Positions 56,638-64,000 of a DNA stretch of 64,000 nucleotides are shown here, piece by piece. The translations under genes and the position numbers were made by a program. The notes under the pieces are model-generated. The model made no database searches. It had not been told where the DNA came from and saw only the letters and a program-made list of their open reading frames with translations. How positions within the stretch are numbered: the first letter of the stretch is position 1; the number at the start of each line of letters is the position of its first letter. The DNA comes from Alphaproteobacteria bacterium. Its GTDB lineage: Bacteria > Pseudomonadota > Alphaproteobacteria > CAAHEQ01 > UBA3637. The DNA lies in assembly GCA_015062385.1 (NCBI GenBank), contig SUUT01000003.1, forward strand, positions 76,066-140,065. Reading direction: 5' to 3'.

Positions 56638-57255
56638 TTAAAAATTTTTACCCATTTCCTTTAAGGCTAACCGAATTAATTCTCCGGTTGATATATCTGT
56701 ATTTTCTTTGAGTATTTGAGCAATTACAATTCCTGCTTCTGTTCGAGCATATCCTAAATTGACAAGTGCCGATAGGGCATCATCTAGTATTTTGTTGCTT
56801 ATTTGATTGTTTGTTGTTACACCGAGTATTTGTAACTCTTCATTTGTTCCCAAGCTACCAAGTTTTCCTTTTAATTCCGTTACTAAACGGGTTGCCAATT
56901 TAGGACCTATTCCGGAAACACGTGTAAATGCCTTTGCATCACCGGACATAACAGCTATTTGAATTTCTTGTACGGATAAAGCGGATAAAATAGCTAACCC
57001 GACTTTTGCCCCCACACCTTGAACAACGGTTAGTGTATTAAATAAATCTTGTTCTGTTGGTGTTAAAAAACCAAATAATCGAATGGAATCTTCTCGGACT
57101 TGTGTTTCAATAAAAAGTGACACGGGTTGATTAACGCCAGATAAGTTTGAAATTGTTTTGGTAGAACAAAAAACTCGATACCCTACACCAGATACGTTGA
57201 CAATAACATATCCATCCCAAATGCTGTCTAAAATACCCATTAATTTTGCAATCAT
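56638..57255 (-). CDS. ruvA: Holliday junction branch migration complex subunit RuvA
   Basis: 205 aa. MIAKL.G...VIVNVSGVGYRV N-terminus, HhH motifs (VQGVGAKVGLAIL, VSGIGPKLATRLV). Confidence 0.93.
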   Translation of the reverse strand: MIAKLMGILDSIWDGYVIVNVSGVGYRVFCSTKTISNLSGVNQPVSLFIETQVREDSIRLFGFLTPTEQDLFNTLTVVQGVGAKVGLAILSALSVQEIQIAVMSGDAKAFTRVSGIGPKLATRLVTELKGKLGSLGTNEELQILGVTTNNQISNKILDDALSALVNLGYARTEAGIVIAQILKENTDISTGELIRLALKEMGKNF

Positions 57256-57432
57256 ATCTTATTATCCTTTCAAAATAAAGCATAACAAAACATTATTCGA
57301 AAATCAAGAATATTTATTATTGGTGTCGTATGGACTTTTTATTGTCAACAGAAAAAGATATCAAAAATTTTAAAACAAAAAGCGGGGAAAAATCCCCGCT
57401 TTATTCAAAGAACGTCCCCTCTAAAACCTAAA

Positions 57433-57723
57433 TTAGGCCATAGCTTTTTTTGTTTTTTGAATAGATTGTGCTTTAACTGATTTTGAAGCCAAAGAACATG
57501 CACTTGCTTTTACAGCTGTTTTTTTTGTTGCTGATTTTGTAGCAGATGCTTTACATGATTTTGTAGATTTCTTATTGCAAGTGCTATTGTTGGAACCAGC
57601 AGCAAACAATTGTTCACAAGCTTTAATCCAACATTCTTTTTCTTGACCTTCCGGACGACCTGCTTGTTCCCAAATGTAATAAGCAGCTACCCGAATATTG
57701 TCTTCGTTTAATTGATTTGTCAT
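57433..57723 (-). CDS. DUF2934-like small protein
   Basis: 96 aa. IRVAAYYIWEQAGRPEGQEKECW matches the DUF2934 signature. Lys/Ala/Ser-rich tail. Confidence 0.65.
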   Translation of the reverse strand: MTNQLNEDNIRVAAYYIWEQAGRPEGQEKECWIKACEQLFAAGSNNSTCNKKSTKSCKASATKSATKKTAVKASACSLASKSVKAQSIQKTKKAMA

Positions 57724-58285
57724 TATTAACTCCTTAATATAAATTCAAAACCCGATTATCAATATAAAACAAATATTCTTTCTTTGCAATGCTTTTTTAG
57801 ATTTTTTTCAAAAAAAACATACTTTTTTAATATATTTTACATAATAAACCTTATATTCAGACTCTATTTTAATTTTTTTGTATTCATAAAATAAACAATA
57901 CCCTCCCCCTGTATAGATTTTGTTAACTTTTATATCTTTTCAAAATAGGTATTTTCTGCGAATCGTTTTTTTATACACCCCATACCTATATTTATATGAT
58001 TTTATTTTGATTTTTTAATTGTATGAAGAATGTTTTTTACAAAGGTTAAAATTCGAGTTATTAGAAACGCATGTTTATTGCTTTATTTTGTTAAAAAAAA
58101 TATCCAAAAACATAAAAAAGTGTTATATTTTTAGTAATAAGATAAAAAAATAAGAACAAAAGTAGAAAGTTAAAAATTTTTAATAAAAATATATTTCTTT
58201 ACTTCTTTTTAAATTGAGAACATAAAAATCATCAATGTAATGCGTATCATTCATGTTTGTGGAAATTTTGCATATGAGATATCCG

Positions 58286-58452
58286 AAAAAAAAGGGACGT
58301 ATAAATGCAACACTTTTTTTCACATTTTTGCATTTTTTTTGATTTTAACTAACCAATTCAATAAAAACAATAATCTTTTATTTTTTTTAGAAACTGATTT
58401 TGCCGATTCGAAGCGGGAAAAAAAGGTCCCTTTTATTACACTCATTTTATAA
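58286..58452 (+). promoter_or_regulatory. conserved 5' cassette of the pilin-like gene family (copy 4)
   Basis: Aligns with 4947-5120 and diverges only in the last ~20 bp. Confidence 0.8.
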
Positions 58453-58478
58453 CTAATATTTTATAAAAGGGGTGTATT

Positions 58479-60536
58479 ATGAAACAAAGAATACAAAAAG
58501 AACATCAAAAACAAGTAATTTTGAATGAACAAGCCATTCATTTAAGCACATTAACCAATCCAAAGGAAAAAGGGCGTTCCATGGTGGAAATGCTGGGTGT
58601 TTTAGCTGTTATCGGCGTGTTGAGTGTTGGTGGTATTATGGGTTATAAATATGGGATGATGAAATATCGTGTGAATGAAACCATCAATGAGCTGAATATT
58701 ATGGCAAATACATACGGTGTTCAAATGCAACAGATGGCAGAGGAACAAACTTTACCAACAGAGGGGGAATTACTTAGTGAAGAAAATGCTGTCACTCGTA
58801 TGGGATATGGGTATGAAGTACTCGGCTTTGATAATCATTTTGAAATAGCGTTATTTAATGTGCCGAATCCGGAATGTGAGCAATTACAAAAAACAGGTTG
58901 GGAATTGCCATACGATATACAAGTAGCAGAAGTAACGGTAGAAAAATGCGGTACATTAGTATATTACATTGATAACGGGTTAACGGGAACGCTAACGGAA
59001 TATGTTGATTCGGATAAGGAAGATGCAGAAGAAGATGATGATGACAATAATCCGTGTAATAAAGCCGGCACAGAAAGTTGGGATGGGTCTGTTTGTCATT
59101 GTAAAAGTGGATATTTAGGAACTTATTGTGAGCAATGTGATACGGTCGGAGGATTTGAACGACAAGATGTTAATGGAAAATGTTATTCTAGCGTGTTTTG
59201 TTCAGATGAAGAAACCTGTAATGGTCATGGTAGAGCGTTAATGGGTTCAGTGTATTATTTGGGTATATGTGCTTGTTTTGAGTGTGATGCAGGGTATTAT
59301 GGAACATATTGTGAAAACTATGGTGGTAATGATGTGTGTAGTGGGCATGGTGTTTGGGCGATAGATCATAATGAAGGCTGGAATGGGTGTTTTTGTGATG
59401 AGGGTTATTTTGGTAGAAATTGTGAATTAACAGACAAAGAGAAAGAATGTAGTGGACATGGAGCTGTTATGGGCTATGGACATTGCTTTTGTGAAGAAGG
59501 TTGGTCGGGAGAAAATTGCGAAAAAGAGGAAGCCTATGTAACTAATTGTGTTAATGGGATAACCACCATAATTAACGGAGAAGAACGGTGTGTTTGTAAA
59601 ATGGGATGGAGTGGAGAGACATGTGAAGCACCTGTTTGTAATGGTCGAGGAAGATTGGATGCTGATAATAAGTGTATTTGTGATGAGGATTACTCTCCTG
59701 AATCTAATTGTACGGAACGAGCCTGTGGTGGAAATGGAAGATTAAATGAAAACGGTGAGTGTGAATGTTATTCTGTTGGTGCCTATGAACCAGATTCTAA
59801 TTGCCAAATACGTGCTTGCGGGGGGAATGGTACACTTAACAGTGCGGGACAGTGTGTGTGTAATGCTCGTTCATATTTTAGTAATGGGACATGCGTTCGT
59901 ATAACAACAGAGGCTGCTTGTAATAATCGTGGTATGGTTATTGATGGTAAGTGTGTTTGTTATAAAGAGTATGATCCTAGTACAAATTGTAAAGAAGAAA
60001 TTTGCAATGGACACGGAATTTTAAATGATGATGGAACATGTTCCTGTTATTCCGATTATAACCCTAAAACTGATTGCAAAGAACAAGTTTGCAATGGGGC
60101 AGGTAATTTAAATGATGATGGAACATGTAATTGTTATGCAAGATATGGAGGATTGTTTTGTGAAGAAGCTCCATGTGTGGGAGGATATTATCAGAATGGA
60201 AAATGTTATTGTTCCAGTGGATATGTTAGAAATGGAGATGCGTGTATTCCTGTAACAGGTGAATGTAATAGTAGAGGGGCAAAGATTGATGGTAAGTGTG
60301 TTTGTATTGAAGATTATACGCCGGAATCTAATTGTAAAACACGTGCTTGTAATGGTAATGGATATTTAGATTCCAATGGTAAATGTGTTTGTAATGTTGA
60401 TAAAGGTTATAGAGCTTTTGCCGGTACGGATTGTAGTGTTAATTGTTATGAGACAACAACGTGTCCTGAGAATGCAATTATAGGTGTTTTGAAGAATGAG
60501 TGTACCTGTTTATATGTAGGAAGTGCTGTTCAATAA
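58479..60536 (+). CDS. giant cysteine-rich protein with type IV prepilin-type leader and EGF/tenascin-like repeats (paralogue 4)
   Basis: 685 aa. A 32-aa extension, then KEKG/RSMVEMLGVLAVIGVLSVGG. From ~aa 193 there are repeated C-x-C-x2-G-[YFW]-x4-C units (CHCKSGYLGTYC, CECDAGYYGTYC, CFCDEGYFGRNC, CFCEEGWSGENC, CVCKMGWSGETC) and C(N/S)G(H/R)G starts. Confidence 0.85.
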   Translation: MKQRIQKEHQKQVILNEQAIHLSTLTNPKEKGRSMVEMLGVLAVIGVLSVGGIMGYKYGMMKYRVNETINELNIMANTYGVQMQQMAEEQTLPTEGELLSEENAVTRMGYGYEVLGFDNHFEIALFNVPNPECEQLQKTGWELPYDIQVAEVTVEKCGTLVYYIDNGLTGTLTEYVDSDKEDAEEDDDDNNPCNKAGTESWDGSVCHCKSGYLGTYCEQCDTVGGFERQDVNGKCYSSVFCSDEETCNGHGRALMGSVYYLGICACFECDAGYYGTYCENYGGNDVCSGHGVWAIDHNEGWNGCFCDEGYFGRNCELTDKEKECSGHGAVMGYGHCFCEEGWSGENCEKEEAYVTNCVNGITTIINGEERCVCKMGWSGETCEAPVCNGRGRLDADNKCICDEDYSPESNCTERACGGNGRLNENGECECYSVGAYEPDSNCQIRACGGNGTLNSAGQCVCNARSYFSNGTCVRITTEAACNNRGMVIDGKCVCYKEYDPSTNCKEEICNGHGILNDDGTCSCYSDYNPKTDCKEQVCNGAGNLNDDGTCNCYARYGGLFCEEAPCVGGYYQNGKCYCSSGYVRNGDACIPVTGECNSRGAKIDGKCVCIEDYTPESNCKTRACNGNGYLDSNGKCVCNVDKGYRAFAGTDCSVNCYETTTCPENAIIGVLKNECTCLYVGSAVQ

Positions 60537-60720
60537 ACAATGACTTTTGAAATTTTATATTAAAAAAACGCTTTACTTTGTGTGGAGCGTTTTTTGATTA
60601 GAATGAAAAAATGACGTACAAGACATCAACTTTTGGAGATGTTTGGCTTGAATTTTGCCGAATTTGTCCTAGACAAATGAAAGGTAAATTTATTTGGTCA
60701 GACATTTGAAAGGGGGATGT

Positions 60721-62517
60721 ATGTTTAGTGAAAAACCAAGCGGATTGTTATTGCTGAGTGTTTTATGTTGGGGCGGGTTGATGACGACAACGGCAATTGC
60801 ACAATCCAATCAAAAAATTATTCAAAAGATGCAACCGGTATTAAATCAAAATGCAGTCGGTTTGCCTGTTCAAAAAGAAATGAATGAAACAGGTAATTGG
60901 TATTCAGATAATCAAGCAAAAGCCGGTACTATTGATATGAGTGACAATGTATCCGATTCAGCTGATATGGATGAGTGGCACAATAATGTGGTATCCGATT
61001 CGGCAGATACAGATGAAGAAGTATTGTTTTCGGATGATTTAGATGCTTCCGATATGTCTGATATGACGGATTCGGTTCGTCAGAAAGTGAAAGAAGCACA
61101 AATATATATGGCACAAAAATCAGTAGATGTTCGTCAAAAGTTGGCAAGAAGTACTCAATTAGAACAACAAGTGCGAGCCACTCGAAATACACAAACAGTT
61201 CAATCGGCTGAAAGCGATTTTAAAAAAAGTGATTTGTTTGTTAAAGGTCGTAATGGGGGTGATGATGTCGGTTTGTTAAAAAGTGCTTGCGATTCATTGT
61301 CTGTTTGTCCGATAGGCAGTAATGCCGGAGATGTGCCGGAAGATATGTTTTCAACACATCCGAAACCGATTAAACACGGTAAATCCGTTAAAGGTCGCCA
61401 TTTGAGTAGTCCCGCATTTAAAAATCGGGCAGATGCCGACATTGATAGTTGGGCGAATGCCTATACACATGCTAAAAATGAATTTACCAAAGCAACCGGT
61501 TTAAGTTATACCATTGATGTTTCGGCTGTTGGACAACGGGCGGCTTCGAATGGACATATTACGCCATGGCAGACACAATATTACGGTGCGGCTACATGGG
61601 ATATGTTTCAATCGGATGTTTGGGGAAGTGGTAGTGCCAATATTGCGTATGAATTGGTCCGTTATTGGAATGGAAATGGGGCAGAATTAGGTGGCAATAT
61701 CGGAATTGTGACTCCGTTGAATGATTATACCGAAAAAGCAAATTATTTTTATGAATTAAGTTACACACATCAATTAGCCGGTAAATGGAAATGGTTGTCC
61801 GTCACGTTAGGGCAATTTCCGATGTATAATTTTGATGGAACGACATACAATTCCAATCAGCAAATTAACTTTATAAACGAATCTTTTTCACAAAATGCAA
61901 CCAGTTTGTATCCATCTGCCGGTTTAGGGGGATATGTGACGATTTCACCAAATGATTTTTGGAGTGTTTCGGTTGGTGGACAGGATGCTTCTAATATTGA
62001 GGGGGATCGTATTTCCAGCAGTCATTTTGGGAAAAAGTTTACATCGTTTATCAGTGGAACGATTAATCCAAGTAATCGATTGGGAGATGCAACAATCAGC
62101 GTTTTGTTGTATAATCAGCCGTCAGTTCCCGAACAACCGGAAAAAGTACAGGGATGGAGTATTAACGGACAGCAAAATATCGGTAAAAAATTGGCCGTGT
62201 TTATGCGGGCAAATGGGGTAAATAAAGGATTGAGCGGAATAAAACAATCTTATGTTTTAGGGGGTGTTTATAACAATCCGTTAAATCGAAATGCTTTGGA
62301 TCAAATCGGATTCGCAGCTGCCGTTAATAAGTTGGATAAGGGTATTAACGGGGCAGGATCCCGTTCGGTGGAAAATATGTTGGAAGCCTATTGGGCATGG
62401 GGTATCAGTTCGGTTATGACAATTACGCCGGATATTCAATTTTATATTAATCCTGGTTTAAATCAAAAATCCAATACGGCAACGGTTGCATCTATTCGGG
62501 CAACGTTGATGTTTTAA
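60721..62517 (+). CDS. OprB-family carbohydrate-selective porin-like outer membrane protein
   Basis: Signal peptide, acidic Ser/Asp-rich N-region, then a beta-barrel region ending LEAYWAWGIS..ITPDIQFYINPG...IRATLMF (terminal Phe). Start placed at the ATG with RBS agggggat. Confidence 0.65.
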   Translation: MFSEKPSGLLLLSVLCWGGLMTTTAIAQSNQKIIQKMQPVLNQNAVGLPVQKEMNETGNWYSDNQAKAGTIDMSDNVSDSADMDEWHNNVVSDSADTDEEVLFSDDLDASDMSDMTDSVRQKVKEAQIYMAQKSVDVRQKLARSTQLEQQVRATRNTQTVQSAESDFKKSDLFVKGRNGGDDVGLLKSACDSLSVCPIGSNAGDVPEDMFSTHPKPIKHGKSVKGRHLSSPAFKNRADADIDSWANAYTHAKNEFTKATGLSYTIDVSAVGQRAASNGHITPWQTQYYGAATWDMFQSDVWGSGSANIAYELVRYWNGNGAELGGNIGIVTPLNDYTEKANYFYELSYTHQLAGKWKWLSVTLGQFPMYNFDGTTYNSNQQINFINESFSQNATSLYPSAGLGGYVTISPNDFWSVSVGGQDASNIEGDRISSSHFGKKFTSFISGTINPSNRLGDATISVLLYNQPSVPEQPEKVQGWSINGQQNIGKKLAVFMRANGVNKGLSGIKQSYVLGGVYNNPLNRNALDQIGFAAAVNKLDKGINGAGSRSVENMLEAYWAWGISSVMTITPDIQFYINPGLNQKSNTATVASIRATLMF

Positions 62518-62579
62518 TATTACATCGGACAGAAATTTATATTTTTGTCCGATAATAGATTACTTAAAGGAAGAAACGA

Positions 62580-63515
62580 ATGTTAAACCGCATTATTCAA
62601 CTTGTCAGTTTGTTTTTTTTCGGAGTGGCATTTTGGTTGATTGTAAAAGAAGTGGAGTATGTCGGTCTGTCACGCCTGATAACGCTTATTATTAATACGC
62701 CTTTTTGGGTGTTGGTGTTGGCATTTATATTTGTTGTGGCGGATTACATTGTGTTAATGGTTTATGATGTTTTGGCATTGGACTATATTCGGCGAAAAGT
62801 GCCTTTAAAAACGGTGTTTAAAACATCATTGGTCGGTTTTTCGGTTAGTAATACGGCAGGACATTCTTATTTATCCGGTGGAGCGGTTCGATATTTGTTT
62901 TATACGCCAATCGGTATTTCTCAATCACAAATTTTAGTTATTATTGCATTTGAAACATTAACGTTATTTATGGGGATGGGACTTGTTTATGTATTTGCAA
63001 CGGTGTGTTTGCCGTTTGTTTCCGAATTAATGGAAACAATGCATTATGCATTGTATTTTTGTATTTCCGGATTAATTGTGGTTGCGTTTTTAATGTATTA
63101 TTTTGGCGTTGTGGTTCCAAAGCGAAAATTGAAAATAAAAGGGGTACAGTTAAATGCTCCGTCTAAAATGATGACGGCATTACAGTTACTAACAGGGTTT
63201 GCCGATAATTTTTTGTTATCGCTTATTTTTTACAGTATCCTGCGATATCATATAGATGTTGATTTTTTGCCGGTATTTGTTGTTTTTACATTAGCACAAA
63301 TTACGGCACAGGTGTCACAGGTGCCGGGTGGATTGGGTGTATTTGCTTCTTTATTCTTGTTAATGTTTCCGCATTTGCCGGCAGAAAAAGGTGCCATTTT
63401 AGCAACGTTGTTTGTTTATCGGATACTTTACTTTTTCATTCCGTTTTTTGTTGCTTTGTTTTATTTGGGGTTTTATGAGATTAAAAAAAGAATATATGCT
63501 TCAAGGGATGAATAA
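62580..63515 (+). CDS. UPF0104/LPG-synthase-TM (flippase-like) family membrane protein
   Basis: 311 aa, ~8 TM segments, QVPGGLGVFAS motif. Confidence 0.55.
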   Translation: MLNRIIQLVSLFFFGVAFWLIVKEVEYVGLSRLITLIINTPFWVLVLAFIFVVADYIVLMVYDVLALDYIRRKVPLKTVFKTSLVGFSVSNTAGHSYLSGGAVRYLFYTPIGISQSQILVIIAFETLTLFMGMGLVYVFATVCLPFVSELMETMHYALYFCISGLIVVAFLMYYFGVVVPKRKLKIKGVQLNAPSKMMTALQLLTGFADNFLLSLIFYSILRYHIDVDFLPVFVVFTLAQITAQVSQVPGGLGVFASLFLLMFPHLPAEKGAILATLFVYRILYFFIPFFVALFYLGFYEIKKRIYASRDE

Positions 63516-63667
63516 TAAAATTTTATTTTGTTTTTGTTGTTGTTTTTAAATAATTTTTAGGTGTTTTGTTTGCTTTTGAATTAATTTTTATTCTTTTTTC
63601 TTGACAAAAAAGGTTTTCCCTTTTATGATAAATGAGTCATCAGAATAACGGATAAAGGAAAAATGCT

Positions 63668-63961
63668 ATGAAATTGCTTTCAAAAAAAACACCGGTTCTT
63701 CAAGATTCCCATGCACAATTACCAAAATTAAATCGTGTGACGGGGCAATTGGAAGGTATTAAACGGATGATTGAATCAGACAGAGCCTGTCCGGATGTGC
63801 TTATTCAGTTGCGTTCTGTTCGGGCAGCAATTAAGTCTATTGAAAGCAATTTGTTGAATAATCATTTACAAATGTGTTTGAAAAAATCGTTAAATAATGA
63901 AAAAGAGCAAGAAAAAACACTCAATGAAATTCAAACACTGTTTTCCCGTTTTGAAAATTAA
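63668..63961 (+). CDS. CsoR/RcnR/FrmR-family metal-sensing repressor
   Basis: 97 aa. LNRVTGQLEGIKRMIESDRACPDVLIQLRSVRAAI...HLQMC has the DUF156 pattern with Cys and His ligand positions. Confidence 0.85.
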   Translation: MKLLSKKTPVLQDSHAQLPKLNRVTGQLEGIKRMIESDRACPDVLIQLRSVRAAIKSIESNLLNNHLQMCLKKSLNNEKEQEKTLNEIQTLFSRFEN

Positions 63962-64000
63962 TTATTTTTAAGCAATAAAATGCATTCTTTCATCTAATTC

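Noticed and set aside
57724-58285. A ~560-bp ORF-free A/T-rich stretch, examined for RNA genes or repeats.
   Set aside because: No convincing stem-loop architecture, repeat or conserved motif could be identified by eye. It is probably an extended intergenic or promoter region.
58240-58452. 70-aa ORF covering the conserved cassette upstream of paralogue 4.
   Set aside because: The equivalent frame is not open in the other three cassette copies, and the sequence is low-complexity. Conservation is at the DNA level, not the protein level.

Overview
This is an AT-rich bacterial chromosome segment, most likely alphaproteobacterial. The lineage call rests on a circularly permuted two-piece tmRNA with tag ANDNFAPAALAA, an alpha-type SspB, and a GAAC-N7-GAAC box ahead of recA. 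All calls come from reading the ORF translations and the DNA by eye; no database search was run.

Core housekeeping genes are recA, alaS, sspB, ssrA, hemW, hpf, ptsN, rnhA, infC, murJ, fabD, tRNA-Thr and ruvA, plus an OprB-like porin and a CsoR/RcnR-like repressor.

Four paralogous genes are scattered among them, at 5142, 9752(-), 25283 and 58479. Each encodes a 637-785 aa, extremely cysteine-rich protein that begins with a type IV prepilin leader. Each is preceded by the same ~175-bp upstream cassette.

Coordinates ~27.2-56.35 kb are accessory DNA in two parts:
(a) A ~6-kb patchwork of duplicated cassettes. It encodes proteins whose C-terminal domain looks like vertebrate serum amyloid A (SAA), each followed by small single-TM two-Cys proteins. 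Ankyrin-gene remnants, a truncated lytic-transglycosylase-like gene and a relic island arm are also present.
(b) A ~23-kb island integrated at the 3' end of tRNA-Thr(CGU), bounded by 53-bp direct repeats. It carries two tyrosine recombinases, iteron-like repeats, ankyrin proteins, a DUF4143-type ATPase and an SNF2 helicase. It also carries a Type III R-M operon whose mod and res genes are separated by five inserted genes: a Bro-N protein, an XRE-Panacea antitoxin with a RelE-like toxin, and two unknowns.

The most novel-looking items are the pilin-leader/Cys-rich gene family with its shared 5' cassette, the SAA-like cassette array, and the split Type III R-M defence operon.
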